Origin: Candidatus Omnitrophota bacterium
GTDB lineage: Bacteria; Hinthialibacterota; Hinthialibacteria; Hinthialibacterales; Hinthialibacteraceae
DNA length: 64,000 bases
Direction: 5' to 3'
Assembly (NCBI GenBank): GCA_003598175.1
Contig: QZKN01000085.1
Span: forward strand, 71,879-135,878
Shown: positions 28,210 to 37,558 of the stretch, in pieces
Layout of the letters: every line of letters starts with the position of its first letter
How positions within the stretch are numbered: the first letter of the stretch is position 1
The notes under the pieces: model-generated
What the model was told of the DNA's origin: nothing
Seen by the model: only the letters and a program-made list of their open reading frames with translations
The model's database searches: none
Made by a program: the position numbers and the translations under genes

Positions 28210-28914
28210 ATGAATCCACGAAATAAAGCAAAGAAAACAATCCTGGCAATCGCGGCGCATCCGGATGATGAAGTATTAGGGTGCGGCGGAACCCTCGCAC
28301 GTTCATATCGGGAAGGGCACACCGTATATATCGCTATATTGGGCGAGGGGATTACGTCCCGATATCCACAACGGGAACAGGCGGATTCATCCCTTCTAAC
28401 CACGCTCCGCGCTGATTGCCATAAGGTTGCTGATTTACTTGGCGCGACGGAACTGTTCCAATATGCGCTGCCCGACAACCGGTTCGATTCGGTTCCCTTA
28501 TTAGACATCATCAAAATCGTGGAAGAATTGAAGGAACGACTGCGTCCGGACGTGATTTATACCCATCATGGCGGCGATCTGAATATCGATCATGTCGTTC
28601 TCCATCGCGCTGTGCTGACAGCCACACGTCCCATAAGGGGAGAGTCGGTTAAGGAAATCCTGACCTTCGAAATCCCTTCCTCCACGGAGTGGGCCTTTCA
28701 GCAATTTTCGCCTGCCTTTCGACCGAATGTGTTCGTCGATATACTGGATACTCTGGTGAAAAAAATCCAGGGGATGCTACTGTACGACAGCGAAGCGCGT
28801 CCCTTTCCTCATCCGCGTTCGGTGGAAACGCTGACCGCGATTGCGAAAAAGTGGGGAAGCATGGTAGGATGCCAGGCGGCGGAAGCATTCGAATTGGTCC
28901 GTAGTATACGATAA
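28210..28914 (+). CDS. PIG-L/LmbE family de-N-acetylase
   Basis: AAHPDDEVLGCGG, YTHHGGDLNIDH, PHPRS, AEAFELVR. Confidence 0.9.
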   Translation: MNPRNKAKKTILAIAAHPDDEVLGCGGTLARSYREGHTVYIAILGEGITSRYPQREQADSSLLTTLRADCHKVADLLGATELFQYALPDNRFDSVPLLDIIKIVEELKERLRPDVIYTHHGGDLNIDHVVLHRAVLTATRPIRGESVKEILTFEIPSSTEWAFQQFSPAFRPNVFVDILDTLVKKIQGMLLYDSEARPFPHPRSVETLTAIAKKWGSMVGCQAAEAFELVRSIR

Positions 28915-29024
28915 AAAGCGTTGATGAATACACTTTCCCGTCGGACAATCCAAAATCGACGCAGCAAAGAGTCGCGGGCGCTCTGACGAGCGATTCGCAT
29001 ATCCGATTCTCTCCAAATTCCATT

Positions 29025-30830
29025 ATGCGTTTTACGAAAAAACAATTCCAACAATTCTTGTCGGCAGTCAAACTGTTGTTGCGTGAGTATCGACCCTATC
29101 GCAAATGGGTGGGGATACTGATTCTTGCGATGGTGTTCAAAACGGTGTTTGAAACGTTACTTTCCGTTTTGTTATTGCCCCTATTGGACGAATTGCAGGA
29201 AAGCACTTCGACTCCCGCTGCGTTGAATCAAATGGTTGTTTTTTTTCATACCTATTCCGGAGTGCAATCCAGGATCACATTGGTTTTTATCCTCCTAATA
29301 CTAGCGGCTTTCGCCAAAGGTATGATGACGCTCGTTTTTTACTTTTTCTCGGCTCTGATTCAAAGTTCTTTTGAAAATGACAAAAGAGAAAACTTGTTTT
29401 CTGGATTTCTCCATTCCAAATGGATGTTTTTCATCAATCAAAAAACTGGCCATGTCATCAATACGATTTTTGGGGAGACTACACGCGCCAGCCATTTCTT
29501 TACGAGTTCCATTTTATTGATTGACACGGTGGTCCTGATCTTTTTTTATATCGCCACGGCCGCTTATATTTCTCCGACAGCCATGAGCGTGGCTCTGATC
29601 ATTTTTTTGTTGATCGGCGTGTCTATTTTGCCGATCATGAAAAAAAGCAAACAATACGCGGATATTTTAAAAGACGCCCGCGAAGGGTTGATGCATCATT
29701 TGACCGAACTGCTGAATGCCTTTAAAGTTGTCAAAGGATGCCGTATGGAAGATGTGGGGCGGAAATTTGTATCCCGGCAATCCCGCCGCTATCGCCGCTA
29801 CATGATCCGTTATGGAATTTTAAAACATCTTCCCGGCTCCATACTCGATCCCCTCGTCATTCTATCGGTTGGTTTGATTTTCTTTATCCTCTATTATTAC
29901 CAACTCGCCGTATTTTCAGAAGCAGCGGTCATCGTAGTCATTTTGTACCGTTGTTTCCAAAAGATAACCAGTCTGCAACAGTTTTGGATATCCATTTTCG
30001 AGTTTATTCCCAGTGTTTCTCTTATCGCCAATCTGCCTGCAATATTGGAAAAGAATCGGGAATCACAATCCCCAGGTTTGGTCGAGACGTTTGAACGCAT
30101 GGAGATGCAAGAGTTGACCGTTGTGTATCCGAATGCGAAGCAACCGGCGTTAAACCGTATAAATTTATCGATTGAACGTGGAGACTTTGTTGGGATTGTC
30201 GGTTCATCCGGGGCAGGAAAAACCACATTCGTAGATATCATATTGGATTTGCTGCAGCCCACTTCCGGCGAGTTCCTAGTCAATGGAATAAGCCTCCCTC
30301 AAATCAATCTTTTTCATTGGCGGGATTTAATCGGGTATGTTCCCCAAGAAAGTATTTTGTTTAATGATTCTATTTTTAATAATATTGCATTGTATCGCCA
30401 GGAAGTACAGGAAGAAGATGTATATTGGGCAGCACAAGTGGCGGATGCGGAGGAATTCATTCAGGATCTGCCACATGGGTATGAGACCTACGTGGGAGAC
30501 CGTGGAACCAAACTATCCGGTGGTCAACGGCAGAGGTTGGCGCTGGCCCGCGCCATCGCCCACAAACCACAAATTCTATTACTGGATGAAGCCACCAGTT
30601 CGCTGGATACGTTTTCGGAAAAAAAAATTCAAAAGGCGATCGAAGCGCTGCGAGGACATATGACAATAATCGTAGTTGCGCACCGCCTCTCCACAGTTCT
30701 CGAGGCTGATCGCATCATTGTGCTTGACAAGGGAAGAATTGACGAAGATGGAAGTCCGATGGACCTCCTAGGTCAAAGTGGCAAATTTCAGGAAATGTAT
30801 TCCCTGCAGACAAACTATGGATCGATATGA
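29025..30830 (+). CDS. ABC exporter, fused TMD+NBD (MsbA/PglK/Wzk-like flippase)
   Basis: N-terminal TM helices; GSSGAGKT, LSGGQRQR, LLLDEATS, VAHRLST. Confidence 0.9.
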   Translation: MRFTKKQFQQFLSAVKLLLREYRPYRKWVGILILAMVFKTVFETLLSVLLLPLLDELQESTSTPAALNQMVVFFHTYSGVQSRITLVFILLILAAFAKGMMTLVFYFFSALIQSSFENDKRENLFSGFLHSKWMFFINQKTGHVINTIFGETTRASHFFTSSILLIDTVVLIFFYIATAAYISPTAMSVALIIFLLIGVSILPIMKKSKQYADILKDAREGLMHHLTELLNAFKVVKGCRMEDVGRKFVSRQSRRYRRYMIRYGILKHLPGSILDPLVILSVGLIFFILYYYQLAVFSEAAVIVVILYRCFQKITSLQQFWISIFEFIPSVSLIANLPAILEKNRESQSPGLVETFERMEMQELTVVYPNAKQPALNRINLSIERGDFVGIVGSSGAGKTTFVDIILDLLQPTSGEFLVNGISLPQINLFHWRDLIGYVPQESILFNDSIFNNIALYRQEVQEEDVYWAAQVADAEEFIQDLPHGYETYVGDRGTKLSGGQRQRLALARAIAHKPQILLLDEATSSLDTFSEKKIQKAIEALRGHMTIIVVAHRLSTVLEADRIIVLDKGRIDEDGSPMDLLGQSGKFQEMYSLQTNYGSI

Positions 30831-30954
30831 ATTTCGGATTTGATACGAGAAAAGAATAAAAAAAGGAAAACACCTGTAAAAAGTTTTAAATTCAAGGTGA
30901 AAAAATACAGTATAGCAATATCCTCAGCAGGATCGACCAAAGTAACAATCTGTT

Positions 30955-32043
30955 TTGATGATGACTATAAAAATACGTGAAGCGACAGAAGATGATTCCC
31001 AACCCTGGGATTCCTTCCTTCACCAATTTCCCCATGTTCCCCCCTATGGCTGCTTTGCCTGGAAAAACATCCTCGAAGACAGTTATCGTGTGCAAACTCA
31101 TTTTTTTATGGCCGAAGATGACGAGGGGAACCTGTGCGGCATCCTCCCGGCTTACGTGACAAAAACGATCAAAGGGAATATCGATTTGTATGGTCTTCGT
31201 TATGGATTTCTATACAATCAGCCCACAGTCAAACACGCCCTTCTTTCCCATCTTTCCGTATTTTGTCGTGAACGCATAATCCGCTCCATCACCATCCCGA
31301 TTGGCGTGGAATCTTCACCGGAAGTAGATATGACTGTCAAGAAAACCGTCGTGCTTCCCCTCGCGGAAACGGAAGAGGCGACCTGGAAATCTCTGCGAGA
31401 CAAAACCCGAAATATGATCCGAAAGGGAGAACGATTAAATCTGAGAATGGAACAGGGATTTGCCAACCTGGACGCTTTTTATTCGATTTACACGACACGA
31501 ATGAAACAAATAGGCGTATGGTTTCATGCCCAGAATTTTTTTGTTCAAATCGCAGAACATCTGAAAAATCAAGTGGATCTCCTGTGCGTCAAAAAGGACG
31601 GTCAAGTCATTGCCGGGATGGTGATTTTGTACGGAAGGAACATCGCCAGTTATCCCTATCAAGCGACTCTCTCCGAATATAGAGACCATGCGCCCACTCA
31701 ATTTTTGAATTGGGCGGCGGTCAAACAATGTTTGGCGCGCAATATACTATTCCTGGATATGGGCGAGTCGACCGAAGGAAGCCCCGTATATCAATCCAAA
31801 GTGAATTTTGGTGGGATCCCGAAAGACATTTATTATTACGATCATCCGTTGGCAACAGAGGAGGGAACCCGGGAAAAATCGGTCATTCCTGTGAAATCCA
31901 ATCTATGCAATGGAGATGGTGATCTCATCTTCCGTAAATGGTTGCGTCCGGCAAAAGTGCTCGAGAATGTACTTCGGTATTCTCCGCTGTGGTTGTGCCA
32001 ACACATCTCGCCAAGACTGATCAAAACGCGGAGAATCATCTGA
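30955..32043 (+). CDS. FemAB-like GNAT-fold protein
   Basis: WKSLRDKTRNMIRKG, FYSIYTTRMKQIG, LDMGES, SKVNFGG. Confidence 0.75.
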   Translation: MMMTIKIREATEDDSQPWDSFLHQFPHVPPYGCFAWKNILEDSYRVQTHFFMAEDDEGNLCGILPAYVTKTIKGNIDLYGLRYGFLYNQPTVKHALLSHLSVFCRERIIRSITIPIGVESSPEVDMTVKKTVVLPLAETEEATWKSLRDKTRNMIRKGERLNLRMEQGFANLDAFYSIYTTRMKQIGVWFHAQNFFVQIAEHLKNQVDLLCVKKDGQVIAGMVILYGRNIASYPYQATLSEYRDHAPTQFLNWAAVKQCLARNILFLDMGESTEGSPVYQSKVNFGGIPKDIYYYDHPLATEEGTREKSVIPVKSNLCNGDGDLIFRKWLRPAKVLENVLRYSPLWLCQHISPRLIKTRRII

Positions 32044-32699
32044 TGTTTGATCGCTTGAAAAAGTTGTTTTATTTGGATCGCGGTTATTTTTTTATGACAG
32101 AAGATTTTTATGGTCCGGATCCTGAGTTTCCAGAAAATTCCCATCAATCGTTCGAAGAACTCGATTCCGCTCATTTCATTATGCAACCCATTTTTCAAGT
32201 AAAAGGTCGAAGGGAACGCTATCAGAAATGGCAAGAAGAAGGTCATCGCTGTTTTGGATTTGTTAATGAAACCGGCGAGGTGGCTTCGTATCTTTGGCTG
32301 GCGTGTCCCGAATCGTCTGCCACTTTCGTACCGTTCAGCCAAAAATTACAGATGATTATTAAACCGGGAGAAGCGTACCTTTTCGATTGCAGAACCGCTC
32401 CCGCGTTTCAAAAACAAGGCTTCTATAAGAATGGGCTTTGTGAGGCAATAAAAATTTGTGCGCGCCGAGGGGCTCGGGTAGTCTACATCCAATGCAAAAG
32501 GGACAACCTGGCATCGCGAAAAGGGATTCTTTCCGCTGGTTTTCACGATGCGTTTTCTTATTGTTTTATCCATGTTGGTTCTTGGCATTGGATTCGATAC
32601 TCGATTCGAAAACGGATCCATTTTATTGGGGGAGAGGTTTACGATGTGATCGGGATGGCCATGTGCGACAAAAATCATTCCACTATCCCGTTACTATGA
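32043..32699 (+). CDS. GNAT family acetyltransferase
   Basis: AYLFDCRTAPAFQKQGFY, DNLASRKGILSAGF. ATG at 32043 is coupled to the previous stop. Confidence 0.7.
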   Translation: MFDRLKKLFYLDRGYFFMTEDFYGPDPEFPENSHQSFEELDSAHFIMQPIFQVKGRRERYQKWQEEGHRCFGFVNETGEVASYLWLACPESSATFVPFSQKLQMIIKPGEAYLFDCRTAPAFQKQGFYKNGLCEAIKICARRGARVVYIQCKRDNLASRKGILSAGFHDAFSYCFIHVGSWHWIRYSIRKRIHFIGGEVYDVIGMAMCDKNHSTIPLL

Positions 32700-32705
32700 G
32701 CGACA

Positions 32706-33611
32706 GTGAGGAAAACGATCCGGATGCGCCTGAAACAAATCCTGAAATCTTTATTGATCAACAATCCGCGGAAAGCCAATTACAAATTCGTGTTAAAAGA
32801 TTGGATCCCACTCTTCGATCTGAAATATTGTGCGCAAGTTTTGGAAACCAAGCGTTTTTCTCGCAATCTTCAACCCATTGAAATGGACCATCCCCATGCC
32901 GATCGCATTCTGGTGATTGCGCCCCATCCGGATGATGAGATTTTCGGATGCGGAGGCGCGTTGATTCGTTCCGTTCAAGCGGGATCGCAAGTTCACATCG
33001 TCTACTTGACCGACGGGAGTCATCGTTCTCATCGTAAGGAAACCATCCGTGAAGAGAGTCGGTTGGTCTGTCAGACCAACGGATTCGATTTCACGTTTCT
33101 TGGCTGGGAATCGGGAGGGATTCCGCTTCGCGACGACGAAGGCGTCACTCAATTGGCGCAATGGATCGAAACCTACCGCCCCGAATGCGTCTTCGTCACG
33201 TTCCTTTTGGATGACCATGACGATCATCGCCGCGCCAGTGAGTTGCTCATGCAGGTGATATCGGATTGCAGATGGAAACCCAGGGAAATTTGGGCCTATC
33301 AAATTTACACGACGGTCATCCCGAATGTGGTGGTTAATATTACTTCCGTAATCGATGAAAAGAAAATGAGTATGCAGCTGTACAAAAACGTACAGGGGGA
33401 ACGAGATTGGGCGCATTACATTGTAGGACTGAATGCATTCAATTGTCGCTATATTTCGTCGCGGGAACCTTTTTATGTCGAAACGTTTTTTGTCGTGCCA
33501 ACGGAAGAATATTACGCACTGTGCAATTTATACTTTTCCGCGGATCATAAAAATGTATATTACAGTAATCCGTATCGCGGTGAATCGTCTTCGGAGCATT
33601 ATCGCGCTTGA
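32706..33611 (+). CDS. PIG-L family de-N-acetylase
   Basis: IAPHPDDEIFGCGG, LTDGS, DDHDDH. Confidence 0.85.
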   Translation: MRKTIRMRLKQILKSLLINNPRKANYKFVLKDWIPLFDLKYCAQVLETKRFSRNLQPIEMDHPHADRILVIAPHPDDEIFGCGGALIRSVQAGSQVHIVYLTDGSHRSHRKETIREESRLVCQTNGFDFTFLGWESGGIPLRDDEGVTQLAQWIETYRPECVFVTFLLDDHDDHRRASELLMQVISDCRWKPREIWAYQIYTTVIPNVVVNITSVIDEKKMSMQLYKNVQGERDWAHYIVGLNAFNCRYISSREPFYVETFFVVPTEEYYALCNLYFSADHKNVYYSNPYRGESSSEHYRA

Positions 33612-33709
33612 TTTGCAACGAGCTCAACCTGCGGCGCACGGCGTCGATTGACGGAGTACTCTATCATTCCGGCGTATTCTCAGTGGAAGTGGCATAGGAA
33701 AATGAAGCG

Positions 33710-35560
33710 ATGTGTGGTTTTATAGCAATAATTTCCAAAGGCGAAAAACCGGTTTCGGTAGAACAACTCCAACGAATGAGCCAGGATATCATCCATCGGG
33801 GGCCGGATGATTTTGGAATGTGGACTCAAGATTGGTGTGGTTTGGCCTTTCGCCGATTATCTATTCTGGACCTGTCCGAACATGGACATCAACCCATGAT
33901 CGATCCGACGGGAGAATATGTCATTGTATATAACGGAGAAGTCTATAATTATCAATCTTTGCGCTCCCATTTGCAAAGTGAAGGAATTTTGTTTTCTTCC
34001 ACCTCGGACACGGAAGTGGTTCTTCAATCCTATATTCGCTGGGGGGAAGAATGTGTAAGCAAGTTTGTTGGTATGTTTGCATGCATTATCCTTCACATTC
34101 CGACGCGCAGGATTTTTATTGCGCGGGATCAATTGGGAATCAAACCGTTGTATTGGACGGAAAATCGCGATTTTATTTTTCTGGCCAGCGAAATCAAAGC
34201 ATTCCGGCACGCCGTAGCCTTTTCCCTGAACGAAGCGTCTCTCTATGAACAATTGCTGTTCCGTTATGTTTCCGGAACCGGGACTCCCTTTAAAAATATT
34301 TATAAACTGTTGCAGGGAACCTATTGGCGCTTCGAACAGGGCGCCGCACCGCAGATGTATCGCTATTACAATGTGACGGATTCCCTCAAAACGAAATCCT
34401 TGATGTCCGAACAGGAATTGCTGCCCCGTTTGGAGGAACTGTTGAAAGAGAGCATCCGCTTGCATACGGCGAGCGATGTTGGGTATAACATCCAATTGAG
34501 CGGCGGCGTCGATTCCAGTTTCATAACCGCGGTGTTGGCAACCGATTGGGAACAACAGTTGGATACGTTTTCAATCACGTTGCAGGATCGGGAATTTGAC
34601 GAGTCTCAATACCAGCAGATGGTGGTTGCCCGCTATGCCACGCGTCACCACGATTATCGTTTAAGTGACGTCGAATTCGATGCCGCCCTGGAAAAGGCGA
34701 CCTGGCACATGGATATTCCGATCGTTCATTTGGGATGCGTGTTTTTAATGGTTCTCTGTCATGAATCCGTGCACAATTCCAAAGTGATTCTGACCGGCGA
34801 GGGCGCGGATGAACTATTTGGTGGATATTCACGTTATATAATCGACAAAAAAACGAAATTGGCCCAACAGCTAAAACGCCTTGGTTTTTGCGCGGCAATG
34901 TTCCCCTCTCTGCCGTATTTCAATGGTTTGAAAAATCGCATGAACCGCAGCACCCTCGATTCCAGTTTGTATGTTTCGAAACCGGATATGGTGAGTTTCT
35001 TTGAGGGGATTCCCGAAAATCTTCACTTCCGTGAGAATACGATTCGTTCTATGGTCTCGTATCGCGATCAACTGTTCGCGCATGATCAGACGTGCTATCT
35101 TTGCTCTCTCCTTGATCGCCAGGATAAAATGTCGATGGCGGCTTCCGTGGAAGCGCGAGTGCCCTTCTGCAATCATCTGTTGTTTGAAATGATCAATCCG
35201 GTTCCTGACTCCGTGAAATTCAGAGGCAATCGGACTAAATCGCTGCTGAAAACAGTCGCGGAACATTACCTGGATGCCTCGCTCTTGCATCGTAAGAAAA
35301 TCGGACTTGTACTTCCGCTCGGACGCTGGCTGCGATCCGGCCCATTGTCCGAACGCTTGTCCCTTCTGACCGATCAGACCGCTCGGGACCGTGGATTTTA
35401 CAATCACAAAAATATTGTCGCCGCGATCGATGCGCATCGGCAAAATCGGCGGGATTATGGAAATTATTTATCGATTCTGATCATGTTCGAAGTCTGGATG
35501 CGAATGTTTATCGACGATCCTTTTCGGTATCGAGGTGATGCCAACGTTTCTTTTTCGTAA
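33710..35560 (+). CDS. asnB: Asparagine synthase-like glutamine amidotransferase (sugar amidation)
   Basis: MCG N-terminus, HRGPDD, RRLSILDL, YNGEVYN, LSGGVDSS, TGEGADELFGGY. Confidence 0.9.
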   Translation: MCGFIAIISKGEKPVSVEQLQRMSQDIIHRGPDDFGMWTQDWCGLAFRRLSILDLSEHGHQPMIDPTGEYVIVYNGEVYNYQSLRSHLQSEGILFSSTSDTEVVLQSYIRWGEECVSKFVGMFACIILHIPTRRIFIARDQLGIKPLYWTENRDFIFLASEIKAFRHAVAFSLNEASLYEQLLFRYVSGTGTPFKNIYKLLQGTYWRFEQGAAPQMYRYYNVTDSLKTKSLMSEQELLPRLEELLKESIRLHTASDVGYNIQLSGGVDSSFITAVLATDWEQQLDTFSITLQDREFDESQYQQMVVARYATRHHDYRLSDVEFDAALEKATWHMDIPIVHLGCVFLMVLCHESVHNSKVILTGEGADELFGGYSRYIIDKKTKLAQQLKRLGFCAAMFPSLPYFNGLKNRMNRSTLDSSLYVSKPDMVSFFEGIPENLHFRENTIRSMVSYRDQLFAHDQTCYLCSLLDRQDKMSMAASVEARVPFCNHLLFEMINPVPDSVKFRGNRTKSLLKTVAEHYLDASLLHRKKIGLVLPLGRWLRSGPLSERLSLLTDQTARDRGFYNHKNIVAAIDAHRQNRRDYGNYLSILIMFEVWMRMFIDDPFRYRGDANVSFS

Positions 35561-35575
35561 AAATGAGCTGACACG

Positions 35576-37345
35576 ATGTCGCGGCAAAACTGCATCCAAT
35601 GTCAAACAAAGGGGCCGAGCAATCGAATAGATTCGGGACGTATGAAGAATAACTGGTCTTTTATTCCAAGCCGCCGGCGAAACTGGCAAATGTGGGAGAC
35701 TCCCTCCCTGACTCTGCATCTCTGCGGGTGGGCATATCGCGGCGACGACTATTTAAGCGGCAAACAACTTTCTGACCATATAGTAGATCAAATGCAAGCC
35801 GCCTTGCCCTGGGAGACGGTCTTTTCGGAATTGAACGGTAATTTTGCCGTGGTGATCGGGAATGCGGAATGTGTGGTTTTTGGAGTCGATGCCGTCCGCA
35901 GCATTCCTCTTATATATCGTTCCAATAAAAATAGTATTTCCATCTCCGATTGCCTTTTTGCAATCCGGCAAACGAACGATGCAATCGATCCGGATTCGCT
36001 GATCGAATTCTGTGCTGCCGGCTATGTAACCGGCTCGCATACGCTATACGAAAACATGACCGCATTGAAAGCCGGCGAGTACGGCATGTATTGTCGTGAA
36101 TGGAATCGGCCGGATACGAAACGATATTTTCGTTACGATTGTGCCTATGATTCGCAGGAATCCGAGGCGCAACTTTGCGAGGAATTTAATAATATTCTTA
36201 TTTCTGTATTCTGTCGTTTAACGAAAATTCTTAACGGGCGCCAAGTGGTGATTCCACTCAGCGGCGGATTGGATTCACGGCTGGTGGCGTCTATGTGTAA
36301 GCAAATGGGATATGAAAATGTGCTTTGCTTTTCCTATGGCCTGCCCGATAATATCGAATCGGCGCGGAGTGAAAAAATCGCTCAAACCTTGGGATATCCA
36401 TGGATTCGGATTCCCTATACGGGAGCCAAATGGAAAGATACGTTTTCTTTGCCTGCGTTTCACGAGTACTTCAAACTCGGGTGCAATGGGATTTCCTTGC
36501 CGCATATCGACGATTGGCCGGCCACGCAGGCGTTGCGGTCCTCTGACCGGATTAGTGAGGACGCCGTTTTCGTTCCCGGTCATACCGGCGATTTTATTTG
36601 CGGGAGTCACCTGAAATATGTGTTCGATCCGGTCTGGCATGACGATCCCCGGGATTTGTTAGGGGCGCTCATCAAGAAACATTATATGTTGTGGAAACAT
36701 CTGCTGCACAATAAACGGGTAAAAGCCGCCATCGAACAGCGGATTCATGAAATTGTGCGGGAGTTTCCCAACACAACACCAGAAGATATCGCGCGCATGT
36801 ATGAATTCTGGGAATGGCAGGAACGGCAATCCAAATATATCATCAACGCGGTCCGCGTGTATGAATTTTTTTCCTTCGATTGGCGTATCCCGTTGTGGGA
36901 CCGGGACATTATGAACTTTTGGAAGGAAATACCACTGGAATGGAAATTTGACAAATATCTTTATCGTACCTATCTAGCAAACTACGATGCATTTGGTATC
37001 TTTCCGGATGTGAATCCTGTCGAAAAATGGTACCGCGAATCTACATCGAACCGATTGGACGCACATTACCGCCGTCGCATCAAGCAATGGCTGAAATCTT
37101 CATGGTTGTTATCACAGCCGTTTGATTATCTGGAGTCATATCGTTATCATTTGCGTACCTATTGGAGTGAACCGAAAGGAATATCGCGAGGGTACGGATT
37201 TTTTCCTTATGTTTTTGGAAACCGAACCAAGCGACATAGTACTTCCCTTTTGATCGAACCGGTTTTAAACTCGCTTGGCTTGGATGCGGAATTCCGAGCA
37301 TTGCGCTATGGAAAAATGAGTGATCACCGTATTTGGAGTGAATGA
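35576..37345 (+). CDS. Asparagine synthase-related protein (synthetase domain, degenerate glutaminase domain)
   Basis: PLSGGLDSR, VPGHTGDF, WQERQSKYIIN, PLWD; no N-terminal MCG. Confidence 0.75.
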   Translation: MSRQNCIQCQTKGPSNRIDSGRMKNNWSFIPSRRRNWQMWETPSLTLHLCGWAYRGDDYLSGKQLSDHIVDQMQAALPWETVFSELNGNFAVVIGNAECVVFGVDAVRSIPLIYRSNKNSISISDCLFAIRQTNDAIDPDSLIEFCAAGYVTGSHTLYENMTALKAGEYGMYCREWNRPDTKRYFRYDCAYDSQESEAQLCEEFNNILISVFCRLTKILNGRQVVIPLSGGLDSRLVASMCKQMGYENVLCFSYGLPDNIESARSEKIAQTLGYPWIRIPYTGAKWKDTFSLPAFHEYFKLGCNGISLPHIDDWPATQALRSSDRISEDAVFVPGHTGDFICGSHLKYVFDPVWHDDPRDLLGALIKKHYMLWKHLLHNKRVKAAIEQRIHEIVREFPNTTPEDIARMYEFWEWQERQSKYIINAVRVYEFFSFDWRIPLWDRDIMNFWKEIPLEWKFDKYLYRTYLANYDAFGIFPDVNPVEKWYRESTSNRLDAHYRRRIKQWLKSSWLLSQPFDYLESYRYHLRTYWSEPKGISRGYGFFPYVFGNRTKRHSTSLLIEPVLNSLGLDAEFRALRYGKMSDHRIWSE

Positions 37346-37348
37346 AAA

Positions 37349-37558
37349 ATGAGAAAAACGGTCTTAATCATCACCCTGCCGATTGTGTATTTTTTCTGCA
37401 ATGCAAATCACGCTTACGCGTATATCGATCCGGGAACCGGCAGCATTATCTTACAGGTCCTGCTGGGATTGATTCTTGGCATTGTCTATACGCTGAAGAC
37501 CTATTGGCTGAATGTGAAGGATTTTGTTTCCAGGGTATTTAAAAAGAAATCGATATGA
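37349..37558 (+). CDS. Small membrane protein with signal peptide and YIDPGTGS motif
   Basis: MRK-hydrophobic-HAYA|YIDPGTGS, then TM helix and basic tail. Its stop overlaps the next start (ATGA). Confidence 0.8.
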   Translation: MRKTVLIITLPIVYFFCNANHAYAYIDPGTGSIILQVLLGLILGIVYTLKTYWLNVKDFVSRVFKKKSI

